From: Candidatus Doudnabacteria bacterium
GTDB taxonomy: Bacteria > Patescibacteriota > Doudnabacteria > UBA920
Length of the DNA stretch: 64,000 nucleotides
Direction of reading: 5' to 3'
NCBI GenBank assembly: GCA_041389225.1
Contig: JAWKSI010000001.1
Coordinates: 51,821-115,820, forward strand
Shown here: positions 48,811 to 59,816 of the stretch, one piece after another
Layout of the letters: each line of letters begins with the position of its first letter
How positions within the stretch are numbered: the first letter of the stretch is position 1
Made by a program: the position numbers and the translations under genes
The notes under the pieces: generated by a model
The model's input: only the letters and a program-made list of their open reading frames with translations
What the model was told of the DNA's origin: nothing
Databases searched by the model: none

Positions 48811-48849
48811 TTTATTTTTTGTTTGTCTATCATTTAATCACTCAAGTTT

Positions 48850-51800
48850 TTACTTACCAGATGCTACCCTCAAAGCATCTAAGACATTCTTTTCCAAAAC
48901 AATCTGTCCCGAACTGTGCATTGACACAAGGTCCGATGCAACTTTTGTTCCAGTCCGTGATCTTACTGTTTTTAAGACATCATTGTTTTTATCGAGCTTA
49001 TTAATTTCTTCCAATTGTCCAGGCAACAAAATCTTTTTCCCACCAGAATCAGTCCCAAAAATCTCATTTGGCTTCTTATCCCAAAGTTTCTTCTTGCCAG
49101 CTGATTTTCTAAGCTTTTCGTTGTGAACCGAATCAGTATTCCAAAAAATCTGTTGGTTTTCGTTAACATAAGTTGCGTCACCCAAACCCAAATTACCATT
49201 CTTTTTGGAAATCGCAGATATTTGACTCGCCAAAAGATTTCTTTCTGCCTGTGTCAGATTAGCAAAATCTTGATTAATGAATTTGCGCAAATCAGTAATA
49301 TTATTAAAGAACGACTTTTGTGTTAACAAATCTGGAAAGTCACCCAACTCAGCAAGTTTTTTGGTGATCTCACCAGCCAAAATAGTATTGTTTTCTTTTT
49401 GAGCTTTATCATACATTCTCATCAACATCTGTGAGTCATCGATGTTGTTAATTTTCTCCCGTTCGTCTTTAATTTTTTCTGCCTTCTTGTTTTTATCTCG
49501 CATAGACTCTGGGAAACTTTTATCTTTGACAATTTGAGCAGTCGACTCGGCAATTCGCTGCCTGTCTTCTTCGGTCCAATGACCTTCATCAAAATTAGTG
49601 ATAAGTTTGGTTGGATCATCTTGTGAAATTCCTAATGCCGAGCGTAACTTATTATCACTTTCAATATCAGCATTAAGATTATTGATCTCGAGCTGAGCAT
49701 TATCTACGCCAAAAGTGTTGATATCTTTTAAAATATCTGGATCAAACGAATCTATCGAGACTTCGTCCTTACCTAATCGCTTGGCTTCTTTCAAGTCAGT
49801 ATTATTCACAATGCCGTCATGTTTATTTTGCAAATCATCGATTTGGTCATCAAAACCTTTTTCTCTAGCTAAGTATTCTGCTTTGAGCGAAGCAGCTGTC
49901 TTATTATCACCGCGCGCTACAGCCTTACCTTCTGCCTTACGTAAATCTTTGAGCTGTTGATCTGATTCTTTAGCTTGTTTAGTTGTTTTTATTTTAGACT
50001 CTAACTTATCTGAATAATAATCAAGATCTGCTAAAGAAATATCTTGGCCGGATTTTAAACTTTGGAATTCTTTTTTAATTTTTTCTAAATCTAATTTCTT
50101 ACTAGATTTTTCTTGGCGTTCTTTATCCGTTAAGAGTTTGCCAAACTCTCCAGCGTTGTTTTCTACATCTTCTGCGGTTCGGCCAACCATCTTCCACCCT
50201 AAAGTCTTTGCGTGATGAACTTTATTCTGACCAATTTTATCAAAATAATTATCAAAGTGACCCCGACCAGCTTGAATTCGTTTCTGCATATCTTCTCTTG
50301 GCTTGGTAAAATAATTTGACCAAGCAGATTTTGCGGCATCGCCAGGTTTAGCCAAAACCGAAATCAATGACTTAGCTCGGTCATTGTTTTTGTATTTAGT
50401 AATAAGAGCGTCTGCGGCCATATCTTTTCCTGTAACTGCTCCAAACTTAGCAGCTTTGTAAGGCAAAGCTGCAACCTGCTTGGCTTTTCTCTTTGCCCAG
50501 TTTACGATTTCTTTAGAACCATATGTTCCACTCTGAGAAGCAAAGATCATCCCGCCAAACAAAAACAACAAAACTATAAAATGCGAAGCTGTGGTAAAAA
50601 CAAAACTTGTTAACTCACCAGCAACATACTGCTTAATCCCTAATACTTCGTATGCCGAACTAGTGTCAACAGTTTGCCCAACCCGATTAGACATCGCCAC
50701 AGCAAGCAAAGCCGAAATATTTAAAAAGAAAGCCAAGATTGGTACTGTGGTTGCGTACTTAATAAAATTAGACCACCATTGATTTGCTGCTTTTTGGGTC
50801 ATTGGCAAGATATAGCCAACATACGCAATCGGTGAAACCAAATACAAAAGCCACAAAGCGACAACTCTAATTGACGCAAAGGCAGCCAAGGCTACAAAAG
50901 CAAAGAATGCCGACACTGACAAAATCCACAAAACAATTGCTTTTGGAATATCACTCGCTGTTACATCAGCATCAAAGTTATTACCACTGCTAGTTAATCC
51001 AGTCACAATATTTTCGCTTGTACTTCCACTTGTCGCACCGACTCCATCTCTAAATACCAAGACCGGATCTACCATCAACTTCGCACCTAAGGCTTCGATC
51101 ACTTTGTTATCAGCTGGCAAAAATTGTGATTGAACAGTATCAGCAATAGCGACAATTCCTTGACCGATCACTAAACTAAAGTTAACTAGCAAAGCTGCCA
51201 AAATTAACCTAATAATAAATCCACGAGTTTTACTCGAGTCCTCTTGCTGAAACAAAATTCTTAGACCCATGTACAACAACGCAGCAATAAAGAATATATT
51301 GCTCAAGTTGCGCATAATTATCCAACCAGGATAAATAAAGTTAACAAACGAATCTTTCCATGGGCTGACATGCAAAATTGCGGTTAAGAAAGGCGCAACT
51401 ATCAAAGAAAAGATATAGTACAAAGTCGAGGTCATGAGCAGTACCAAGTACGAAATCACCTTAGCAAGAAATCCGTACAAAGTTGAAGCTACGCTTTGCT
51501 GTCCTTGTTCTGTGGACGAAGTACTTTGCGTGGTTAAATCAGAAAACCCATACTTAGCAAACTGTTCATCTTCACACTTCGCAGTATCACGTCCTGCAGC
51601 TTGTAAATCCGCCTTACAAGCCTCTTTGATTGCATCCAAAGTTTCAAAGACTTCGACTGTAAATTTTGGCGGTGTTTTTCCTAGCATAACTCGGACACCA
51701 ACATCAAATATATAATCTAGATCTTTTCCACCAGCCACAATAGGCAAGACAACAAATTCGGTCGAGCTAATCGCACCCTGAGGCAATCCTGCAGTTTTAC

Positions 51801-53001
51801 TTTCGGCCGTACTATTCCAAGCGGTAGATTTTATAACAGGGTTAATTCCACCTTGAGGTAAACCAGGAAAATTAGAGCTCAAGCTTCCTCTATCGTCATT
51901 GTAAAAAACATTTCCCGAACAATCACTTAGAATACGACCTGCATCACATTGAGCATATTCTTTGGCTCGACTTGCATAATTAATTGCAAAGTGAATTCCT
52001 TGGAACTTTGGGTTAAACTGAGGAATCCAACCATCATCTTTATTTGGCAATTCAAATTCATCGCCGACCTTTAGCGCATAAGAATCATCCTTCCATTTTG
52101 CATAAATTGAATCAGGGCCCTTCGCTTGTCCAAAAGATAAACTGCTGTCAGATTTAAGAACTCGATATTTACTTCGCAATCCTTGATCATTTTGAGGTGT
52201 AAAAGTGACACCAAGATCACTAATCAATTTGACCCCATCAGAACTGACGGTAGTAGAAGTGCTGTTGTTGGGACTAAAATCATCAGAAACCTGTCCAGGG
52301 GTTCCGACTGGAGCTGTCAAAGACAACTCCCGCCAAAAAGCATAATTATCTCCCAGAGGAATATTAATAAAGTTGCTTGGATTTCCAGGCTCATACATCT
52401 TGAGATAAAAATATGCGTAATAATTATCTCCGCTACTAAGCGCATTTTTCAAATCAGTACCAGAGTTAGTTGACTTAAATAACTGACCAACACTCCCAAC
52501 AGGAAGTTTATTAGAAAATCCAACCACAGTACCGCTCGAATCAGTAATTGGCATGGCATCAGTGCTTATTCTTGTCGAATTGCCATGCTGCCAGCTAGCT
52601 AAGTTAAAATAATTGTCATACAGCGAAATCTTCATCTCATACTCAAATTTCAACTTTCCAGTACAATAACCAGCAACTTGAGAATCTTTAAATTTGACCC
52701 TCATACCAATCTGAAAAACTTGGTCTAAGTTAATCGGTGTATTAGCTTCGGGTGAAAAAGCATAGTCAACATCAGCATTGGTAAAACCAACAGCTCCCAA
52801 ACTACACTGATTTACCGAACCCCGAGGGTTTGCTTGAGCGTTAGCGAGGAAAATCGAACCACGCGCCCCGATCAAAATAAATAGAGTCAAAAAAACTAGC
52901 AAAGCTTTTTTGCTTTGCTGGTTTTTGAGCCATAAAATCAAAGACTTTTTGAATAAAATCCTTTTATTTACGATATATTTTTCAATTTGTTTGAGTTTCA
53001 C
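48850..53001 (-). CDS. giant membrane protein (1383 aa): signal/TM, a roughly 480-aa extracellular domain, 6-7 TM helices (VirB6/TrbL-like core) and a charged coiled-coil cytoplasmic tail
   Basis: Hydrophobic segments between roughly aa 520 and 800. K/E/D-rich C-terminal 500 aa. Confidence 0.45.
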   Translation of the reverse strand: MKLKQIEKYIVNKRILFKKSLILWLKNQQSKKALLVFLTLFILIGARGSIFLANAQANPRGSVNQCSLGAVGFTNADVDYAFSPEANTPINLDQVFQIGMRVKFKDSQVAGYCTGKLKFEYEMKISLYDNYFNLASWQHGNSTRISTDAMPITDSSGTVVGFSNKLPVGSVGQLFKSTNSGTDLKNALSSGDNYYAYFYLKMYEPGNPSNFINIPLGDNYAFWRELSLTAPVGTPGQVSDDFSPNNSTSTTVSSDGVKLISDLGVTFTPQNDQGLRSKYRVLKSDSSLSFGQAKGPDSIYAKWKDDSYALKVGDEFELPNKDDGWIPQFNPKFQGIHFAINYASRAKEYAQCDAGRILSDCSGNVFYNDDRGSLSSNFPGLPQGGINPVIKSTAWNSTAESKTAGLPQGAISSTEFVVLPIVAGGKDLDYIFDVGVRVMLGKTPPKFTVEVFETLDAIKEACKADLQAAGRDTAKCEDEQFAKYGFSDLTTQSTSSTEQGQQSVASTLYGFLAKVISYLVLLMTSTLYYIFSLIVAPFLTAILHVSPWKDSFVNFIYPGWIIMRNLSNIFFIAALLYMGLRILFQQEDSSKTRGFIIRLILAALLVNFSLVIGQGIVAIADTVQSQFLPADNKVIEALGAKLMVDPVLVFRDGVGATSGSTSENIVTGLTSSGNNFDADVTASDIPKAIVLWILSVSAFFAFVALAAFASIRVVALWLLYLVSPIAYVGYILPMTQKAANQWWSNFIKYATTVPILAFFLNISALLAVAMSNRVGQTVDTSSAYEVLGIKQYVAGELTSFVFTTASHFIVLLFLFGGMIFASQSGTYGSKEIVNWAKRKAKQVAALPYKAAKFGAVTGKDMAADALITKYKNNDRAKSLISVLAKPGDAAKSAWSNYFTKPREDMQKRIQAGRGHFDNYFDKIGQNKVHHAKTLGWKMVGRTAEDVENNAGEFGKLLTDKERQEKSSKKLDLEKIKKEFQSLKSGQDISLADLDYYSDKLESKIKTTKQAKESDQQLKDLRKAEGKAVARGDNKTAASLKAEYLAREKGFDDQIDDLQNKHDGIVNNTDLKEAKRLGKDEVSIDSFDPDILKDINTFGVDNAQLEINNLNADIESDNKLRSALGISQDDPTKLITNFDEGHWTEEDRQRIAESTAQIVKDKSFPESMRDKNKKAEKIKDEREKINNIDDSQMLMRMYDKAQKENNTILAGEITKKLAELGDFPDLLTQKSFFNNITDLRKFINQDFANLTQAERNLLASQISAISKKNGNLGLGDATYVNENQQIFWNTDSVHNEKLRKSAGKKKLWDKKPNEIFGTDSGGKKILLPGQLEEINKLDKNNDVLKTVRSRTGTKVASDLVSMHSSGQIVLEKNVLDALRVASGK

Positions 53002-53082
53002 TTAAAATCCAAATTTAGTTCCAGAATTCTTCAAAAGTTGTATATATTATACCACGTTTTAAGCACAAACCCCAAAGATAAT

Positions 53083-53108
53083 CCCCAAACAAAAAACCGA
53101 CCACTTGG
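53083..53108 (-). terminator. intrinsic terminator for the 53128..55071 gene
   Basis: The minus strand reads ccacaaaccgacc caagt ggtcggtttttt. Confidence 0.5.
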
Positions 53109-53127
53109 GTCGGTTTGTGGATTAAAA

Positions 53128-55071
53128 TTATCTTGGACTAAAGACCACAGCTTGTCCGCGAGGGAACACTTGCACAGTAGAAACTCCTTGCACAGAACCA
53201 GTTTTAAGATTAAACCCAACCCCAACTTCTGCGACTTTGTTATTTGAACTATCGTAAAGTTCGACAAATAAAGTTCTTTGTTCCAAACCACTTGCCCCAG
53301 CAGAACCCGCAGGCGCTACAAAACTCAATTTAGCCAAACCAGCAGCCAGATCTGCAACATCCAAACTAGCTAACTGTCCCGAAATTTTATCTCTAACCAC
53401 AACACGGTAATTTTGAGCATTATTATTTCGTTCGACAAATCCTGCAAAATCTATATTAACTTGATAAGTTTGTCCAGAAGTTAACTCACTGAGCTTACTT
53501 GTACCTCCAACAGAACTAAGGTAAACACTCACTCCATTATTTTCAAATTGTTTAGAATCAACCCCGCCATCACTTCCAATCCCGGCAACAGTTGAACCAA
53601 CTGCTATAGCTGTTGGTGCAAGGGCCGCAATTCCCGCTTCTTTAAGTACTTGGCTATTGCTCTTTTTTCCAGTAATCAAATTAGACAAAAAGTTTGATGC
53701 AACTCCAGAGACAAAATTAGCATAGAAAGGCAAGTTGTCAGATTTTAGATTAGCGGCTTGATTAAGATACTGATCAAGATAAGAATTAAGTTGGCCCGCG
53801 ACAAATCCACCTGGAGAAGTAATCGCTTTACATATATCAACTACAGGGGAATCAAATTGATTTGATAAAGAGTTATACTTCTGTCCAACGACTTCTAGAT
53901 TTTGTTCAGCTTTATTAAGCTCTTCTATTGTTGTCTGTCCTTGTGCGTAAGCTTCTTTGAGTTTTTCGTAAACTTCATTAGCAGTGTAAAGTTCTTTAGT
54001 TGCAGAATCATAGCTATTATCAATTTGCTGCTGCATCGCGATCGAACCACTACAATCTCGAGGTGGTGCAAACCCTTGACTCGCGTCAATTTCTTGTTGA
54101 GTGCTAGTCTGAGCAGAAGCACTAACCTTTGCCGCTTCATCAGCAATATTTAGATATTGGAATACCGGGCTTGCTTCGGCACTTCCATAACTCGCCAGAC
54201 ACTTATAAAACGAACTATCTGACGTGCTTGAACTTGCACTTGCCCCTAGGTTACCACAATTAGACGCAAGTGTTTTTTGCGCTTGATCATTTGCATAAGT
54301 AATCGCTGACAAAACTTTCCCCGGTGTTTTTTTGCTTTGAATCAACGAACGCAACACCGCTTGTTTTTTGGCATCGCCGGTATAGTTCTCGTTGATATAC
54401 TTCATACTATAAACTTGTGTCGAAACCGCATCTGCATAAGCCAAGTAGTCATCAATCTTATACTTTTCGACAGCATTATTAACTAACTGAGTTGTTAGGT
54501 TTTGGTTAAGATTCAAAATTAACTTAACCAAGAAGGCTCGCAAAATATCTTTAAACTGAGCTGCTTGTCTTTCTTTAAGAGCGTCAATTTTTTGTCTTAA
54601 TGAAGAGCTAATAGTTGTATATTTAGTTTCTTCTGTTTGAATCGCCTGACCAGTTAACAAAGATGTCACCGGAATTTGCTGCAACGAAATCACATAAGCG
54701 TCGATACACTCTTTAGCGGCGGTCGCTGTGGCAATTTGTGCAGAAGCTTTAACAGCACCAACGATACCACCACTCAAAATATCTAATGTCTCCGAACCAG
54801 CTCCTCCAGAAATCGAATCAATGCTATCGCCGACTTCCAAAGCATCAGCTGCTTTAAAAGTTGCAGTACAAGAATTTCCAAAAGATGCTTTTAAAGTTGT
54901 AATCGAAACATTAGATGTCACTGCATCACCAACACCTGCAACCAAAGCAACTCCAACTGGACCAACTTCAATCACAGGCTGTGGTACGATCACCGCTTTG
55001 GTAACTTGAGGTGTAACCAAAAAAGAAAAAGTTACCGCAACTAATAAAATGTAACTAAGGATTTTTTTCAT
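53128..55071 (-). CDS. secreted Ser/Ala-rich protein (647 aa) with a signal peptide, possible pilus or surface component
   Basis: N-terminus MKKILSYILLVAVTFSFLVTPQVTKA. Low-complexity A/S/G/T-rich sequence. Confidence 0.45.
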   Translation of the reverse strand: MKKILSYILLVAVTFSFLVTPQVTKAVIVPQPVIEVGPVGVALVAGVGDAVTSNVSITTLKASFGNSCTATFKAADALEVGDSIDSISGGAGSETLDILSGGIVGAVKASAQIATATAAKECIDAYVISLQQIPVTSLLTGQAIQTEETKYTTISSSLRQKIDALKERQAAQFKDILRAFLVKLILNLNQNLTTQLVNNAVEKYKIDDYLAYADAVSTQVYSMKYINENYTGDAKKQAVLRSLIQSKKTPGKVLSAITYANDQAQKTLASNCGNLGASASSSTSDSSFYKCLASYGSAEASPVFQYLNIADEAAKVSASAQTSTQQEIDASQGFAPPRDCSGSIAMQQQIDNSYDSATKELYTANEVYEKLKEAYAQGQTTIEELNKAEQNLEVVGQKYNSLSNQFDSPVVDICKAITSPGGFVAGQLNSYLDQYLNQAANLKSDNLPFYANFVSGVASNFLSNLITGKKSNSQVLKEAGIAALAPTAIAVGSTVAGIGSDGGVDSKQFENNGVSVYLSSVGGTSKLSELTSGQTYQVNIDFAGFVERNNNAQNYRVVVRDKISGQLASLDVADLAAGLAKLSFVAPAGSAGASGLEQRTLFVELYDSSNNKVAEVGVGFNLKTGSVQGVSTVQVFPRGQAVVFSPR

Positions 55072-55823
55072 TACTGTAACTTAACTCCATACTTCTGATT
55101 AATTTCTTCGCGAACCATTCCTATTCTATCAATCAGACTAAACAAGTTTTTAGAATAAATTTGTAAGTTAACAGCCCCACTCTCTCCACCAGCAAAGCCC
55201 AAACCAATCTGTCCTAAAGTTTGGTAATAAATCGACGAGAGTCTGTGATAATTTAACAACTCATCCGGAACAGGAATTTGTCTCATACTATTTACGATAG
55301 CTTCGGTCTGATTCGCAACTTCTCGCAACCGAGCTGGATCTGATTCGTTGAGCACAGCAAAAATTTCGATGGTATCATAATAACCTTCGATCCGAGAAAT
55401 TCGATCAGCATATTGTTGAACAGTTTGCGCGTCAGTATAAATTACACTCTGCACAGGAATTTGCGACAACTCTTGTTCAGAAAATAATTGCTCAGCAGTT
55501 GGAATATCTCCAAGTCCAATAGCTGCGCCCAAAACTTGACCATTATCATCAACACGATCCAGTAAAGAAAGTTGTTGATCCTGAATATTATTCGAAGTAT
55601 CTAATTCGGCAAATAACTGGTCCAGCTCCGACTCAACCTGACTTTGTGCTTGTTCAAATGTCAAAACTGGTTTTTGATCATCAGCATTTGCAGTCAAAGA
55701 ACCAACCAAATTATTAAGCTGAGGGATAATCAAAATTAAAAAAATCACCACAGCTGCGCCCAATAAAAGCGCGTGGTTAAACCCAAAACCCAAACGTTGA
55801 AAATTTTGTTTCCAATCAGCCAT
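55071..55823 (-). CDS. membrane-anchored protein (250 aa), hypothetical
   Basis: N-terminal TM (ALLLGAAVVIFLILIIPQL). Overlaps the downstream gene start. Confidence 0.4.
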   Translation of the reverse strand: MADWKQNFQRLGFGFNHALLLGAAVVIFLILIIPQLNNLVGSLTANADDQKPVLTFEQAQSQVESELDQLFAELDTSNNIQDQQLSLLDRVDDNGQVLGAAIGLGDIPTAEQLFSEQELSQIPVQSVIYTDAQTVQQYADRISRIEGYYDTIEIFAVLNESDPARLREVANQTEAIVNSMRQIPVPDELLNYHRLSSIYYQTLGQIGLGFAGGESGAVNLQIYSKNLFSLIDRIGMVREEINQKYGVKLQ

Positions 55824-55933
55824 AAAGCAAAAAACCTGTTGGTTTTACTTAAAATAAATTAAATTGTGATTTTGTTTCAATAACTTTATCAGTTAAAATA
55901 ATTATAGCAAATTTAACTAAAAAAATCAAGCAA

Positions 55934-56470
55934 ATGAAGCTAATTTTATCACTTTTTATTATTTTAGGGTCGACAGTTTTAATGTCATCTGCATGTGCTC
56001 GTACTTTTGACTCAAACCAGCACTCGCCTATCGGTCAAACTGTAGATCAATCGGAGAAAATCTCAGAACAAACAAACCCGCAACTCCCAACAGTGCAAAT
56101 CCAAATCGCCGACCAAACCATTACAGCCGAAGTTGCTTCGACTCAAAAACAAAAAGAGCGCGGCTTGTCATACCGCAAATCTCTAGAACCAAATTCTGGA
56201 ATGTTATTTGATTTTAGTAATCAACCAAAATTTATTCCAAGCTTCTGGATGAAGGGTATGAACTTTGACTTAGATTTAATCTGGATTGAAGATCAGACTA
56301 TTATCGACATCAGCCATCAAGTTACCGCGCCAAGCTCAAACCAAATTCCTAACAACCAACTCCCGACCTACTCCCCAAGCAAAGCAGTCAACTTTGTCCT
56401 CGAAGTCCCCAGCGGTTGGGCTCAACAACACAATATTGATGTTGGTCAAACAATCGAAATAAAAAATTAA
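55934..56470 (+). CDS. DUF192 (COG1430) domain protein, secreted
   Basis: Signal peptide, then GLSYRKSLEPNSGMLFDF......MKGMNFDLDLIWIEDQTIIDI...LEVPSGWA. Confidence 0.65.
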   Translation: MKLILSLFIILGSTVLMSSACARTFDSNQHSPIGQTVDQSEKISEQTNPQLPTVQIQIADQTITAEVASTQKQKERGLSYRKSLEPNSGMLFDFSNQPKFIPSFWMKGMNFDLDLIWIEDQTIIDISHQVTAPSSNQIPNNQLPTYSPSKAVNFVLEVPSGWAQQHNIDVGQTIEIKN

Positions 56471-56471
56471 A

Positions 56472-57302
56472 CTAAGAACTTAGTTTAATTTTTGTTTGTA
56501 AGTCTAACCACTGTTCGATCGTCAAATGTTGCGGCCGTGCGGTTTCCAAAATTTTTGCTTTTTCCAAAGCCTCCAGAGCTTGAGTTTTGGTTAAACCAAA
56601 ATTATTAACCAAAGTATTGTGAATCTGTTTTCTCTTTCCAGCAAAGCACGCTTTCCATAATTTAAACAATCCTTCCAAATCCTCAACTTTGTACTTAGGT
56701 TCTTTGTGCAAAATAATCGCGACCGCAGCGCTATCAACTTTTGGTGCAGGAAAAAATTTACCAGCAGGGACTATTTCGATCAATTCTGTATCAGCAAATA
56801 ATTGTACTGACAAAGCTAACAAGTTAAGTTTGCCTGGTTTGGCAGTTAAATTTTGCGCGACTTCTTTTTGCATCAACAACGACATTGCTTGCGGCTTAAC
56901 TTGAGCCTGCATAAACAATTGAATAATTTTTCCTGTCACGTAATATGGAATGTTGGCAACAACTTTGTATGGCTGTTGGGATAAGTGTTTAACAAAATCA
57001 TATTTGAGAACATCCGCCAAAACATAATCTAGATTTGAAAAGTTTTTTTTGTAATCTTCTAAAACAGGAATAAATTGTTTATCTTTTTCGATTGCCAAAA
57101 CCTGTTGGGAATTTTCTAACAAAATTCTAGTAAGATTACCGATCCCAGGTCCAACCTCGACAACCTTATCATCTTGATTGAGATTGATCGCTTCGATCAT
57201 ACGATAAAAAACCATTTCGTCCATCAAAAAATTTTGTCCAAAAATTTTATTTGGACTCAAACCATACTGTTCTAAATATTTATCTAGAGATTTTTGATCC
57301 AT
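56472..57302 (-). CDS. rsmA: 16S rRNA (adenine1518/1519-N6)-dimethyltransferase RsmA/KsgA
   Basis: FGQNFLMD and VVEVGPGIGNLT motifs. 276 aa. Confidence 0.85.
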   Translation of the reverse strand: MDQKSLDKYLEQYGLSPNKIFGQNFLMDEMVFYRMIEAINLNQDDKVVEVGPGIGNLTRILLENSQQVLAIEKDKQFIPVLEDYKKNFSNLDYVLADVLKYDFVKHLSQQPYKVVANIPYYVTGKIIQLFMQAQVKPQAMSLLMQKEVAQNLTAKPGKLNLLALSVQLFADTELIEIVPAGKFFPAPKVDSAAVAIILHKEPKYKVEDLEGLFKLWKACFAGKRKQIHNTLVNNFGLTKTQALEALEKAKILETARPQHLTIEQWLDLQTKIKLSS

Positions 57303-57303
57303 A

Positions 57304-59451
57304 CTAAAAAGGTTCGTAATTTAAATTGTCATCAGCATACAAAGCCGCGAGATTACCATCTACATTAACAACTTCGTTGGGTAGAACTTGTAAAATCCTT
57401 GATGGAGGGTTAGCTTGAAAACTCCCAAACATTTGCCTAGATTGCGCGTATAACAAAAATAATCGCTTGCGAGCACGAGTCAAACCAACATAAGCCAATC
57501 TAATTTCTTCGGCTAGTTGAGATGGATCCATCAAACTGTTAGTATGCGGCAAAATCCCCTCTTCTAAACCTACAAAAAATACTGTCTCAAACTCTAAACC
57601 TTTGGCGGCGTGCAATGTCATTAAAGTCACAGAATTTCTTTGATCAGTCAAATTATCCAAGTCAGTTACCAAAGCCACTTCTTCCAAAAATTCTGCCAAT
57701 CCTTCTTGCCATGGAGCGTGATCAAATTTTTGTACTACCGTAAACAACTCACGCATGTTTTCGACACGAGCTTCACCTACTTCTGTACCATCACGGTAAA
57801 AATCTTCTAGTTTGGACAACTTTAAAATAACTTCCAGCACTGCAGATAATTTACTTTCTTCTGGAATATTACTGGCGGTTTGCAAAATTCCAAAAAAACT
57901 TTGAAGCGCCGCTTGCTGCTTAGCACTGTAACCTAACTGCAAAATTAATTCTTGCAATCGCGGCAAATCTACAGCTTGAGTTAGATTCAAAATTAACTCT
58001 CTAATTTTTTCGACAGATTTTTCTCCCAAACCGCGCGCCGGCAAATTAATTACCCGCTTTAGACTTACAATATCAACCGGATTAGAAATCAGGCGCAAAA
58101 ATGCAATAACATCTTTGACTTCTTTACGGTCGTAGAACTTAACACCGCCAACAATGTGATACGGAATCCCAGCTTCGATAAAAATTTCTTCTATCTGACG
58201 TGACTGCGAATGCGTGCGGTACAAAACTGCAAACTCTGCCAAACTAGTATGATCTTTTGGCAATTGTGGAACATAACCACTATACGCATCCAAACCTGAC
58301 GGCCGACGATTCTGTTTAAGAAATTGATCCAAAATCGAAAATCCCCCATTAACACTTGGTTCCTGATATTCCGGTTCAGCAAATTCTTCTTCTGAATAAC
58401 TTAATTCTTCTGATTCTTGTTCTGGAGAACTTAATCCAATAATTTTTTTGGCAACAAAGATCGCCTCTGCCCGACCATCAAAAGATTCTTTGATCACTAC
58501 TTTTTCACCGTCACCATTATTAGTCCACAAAGTTTTTGGTTTTTGTTCGGTGTTAAGTTCGATGACCTTTTGTGCAGCGGTTAAGATATTTTGACTTGAA
58601 CGATAATTTTGTTCGAGTTTGATAACCAAAGCATCTTTAAAATCCTTTTCAAAATTTAAAATATTAGCAATGTTACTACCTCTAAAACCATAAATACTCT
58701 GAGCATCATCCCCAACAACAAACAAATTTTGATTCTTGGCTAGTAAATGTAAAAACATATATTGCGCTTGGTTAGTGTCTTGATATTCATCAACCAAAAT
58801 ATATTGCCATAAGTCTTGGTAGTTGCGTAACACTTGAGGAAAATTTTCAAACAACTTAATCGGCAACATCAACAAATCATCAAAGTCAACGCTATTTTGT
58901 TTAACTAAATAATTTTGATACCGCGCGTAAACCTGTGCCACCATCTGATGCAAGTCACCTTCTAACCCTAAGTCAAATTGCGCTGGAGTCTGAAGCAAAT
59001 TTTTTGCGCTGGAGATATAAGCTTTAAACAAAGTTGGTTTGTATTGAGTTGGGATTCCTAAATCGGACAAAATATCTTTAAGAACTTTAAGTTGATCATC
59101 AGTATCAATAATTACAAAACCGTGACTATAACCAAGGTGAGTAATGTACTTGCGCAGAATGCGAACTCCAATCGAATGAAAAGTCCCAAGCGCTGGCTGA
59201 GAACTTAACTTAGTTTTAGATTCAGCTTGTAGTAAAGCTGTAACTCGACTCTGCATTTCTTTAGCAGCTTTATTGGTAAACGTAACCGCCAAAATATGTT
59301 CGGGTTTGATTAAGTCTTGCTCGATCAAATATGCAATACGATAAGTTAAGACTCTGGTTTTACCGCTACCAGCTCCCGCCAAAACTAAAACAGGCCCGAG
59401 AGGGGCTGTTACCGCTGATAGCTGTTGTTGGTTGAGTTGAGATAAATTCAT
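57304..59451 (-). CDS. uvrD: UvrD/PcrA-family ATP-dependent DNA helicase
   Basis: Motif I LAGAGSGKT, motif II LVDEYQDTN, plus motifs IV-VI. 715 aa. Confidence 0.9.
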   Translation of the reverse strand: MNLSQLNQQQLSAVTAPLGPVLVLAGAGSGKTRVLTYRIAYLIEQDLIKPEHILAVTFTNKAAKEMQSRVTALLQAESKTKLSSQPALGTFHSIGVRILRKYITHLGYSHGFVIIDTDDQLKVLKDILSDLGIPTQYKPTLFKAYISSAKNLLQTPAQFDLGLEGDLHQMVAQVYARYQNYLVKQNSVDFDDLLMLPIKLFENFPQVLRNYQDLWQYILVDEYQDTNQAQYMFLHLLAKNQNLFVVGDDAQSIYGFRGSNIANILNFEKDFKDALVIKLEQNYRSSQNILTAAQKVIELNTEQKPKTLWTNNGDGEKVVIKESFDGRAEAIFVAKKIIGLSSPEQESEELSYSEEEFAEPEYQEPSVNGGFSILDQFLKQNRRPSGLDAYSGYVPQLPKDHTSLAEFAVLYRTHSQSRQIEEIFIEAGIPYHIVGGVKFYDRKEVKDVIAFLRLISNPVDIVSLKRVINLPARGLGEKSVEKIRELILNLTQAVDLPRLQELILQLGYSAKQQAALQSFFGILQTASNIPEESKLSAVLEVILKLSKLEDFYRDGTEVGEARVENMRELFTVVQKFDHAPWQEGLAEFLEEVALVTDLDNLTDQRNSVTLMTLHAAKGLEFETVFFVGLEEGILPHTNSLMDPSQLAEEIRLAYVGLTRARKRLFLLYAQSRQMFGSFQANPPSRILQVLPNEVVNVDGNLAALYADDNLNYEPF

Positions 59452-59816
59452 CTACTATATTATAGCATTTTGAAACTACTATATTTTGAACAAAAATATT
59501 GATATAAAATCCTTGATTTATGGCTTAAATAAAAGGAATGTGGACAAAATAAGGCTTATTTAGTAGTAAATTTCAAAGTTATCCCAGATTAGACTTGAAA
59601 AGCCCTCAAGACCTTGTTAAACTTGCTAAGTAATAACTTAAAATCATAAATTTAGATCAAGTTCTGACCTAAATTTTACCGATAATTAAGCCAATTATTT
59701 GTATTTTTTCGAGAGACTACTACGACTAAAATTTGCAGATATATTCGTAGTCGAAACAATCAAATAAGACGGCATTCGTTGATTAGCCACAGCCTGCAAT
59801 ACATGGCCTGTCTTCT

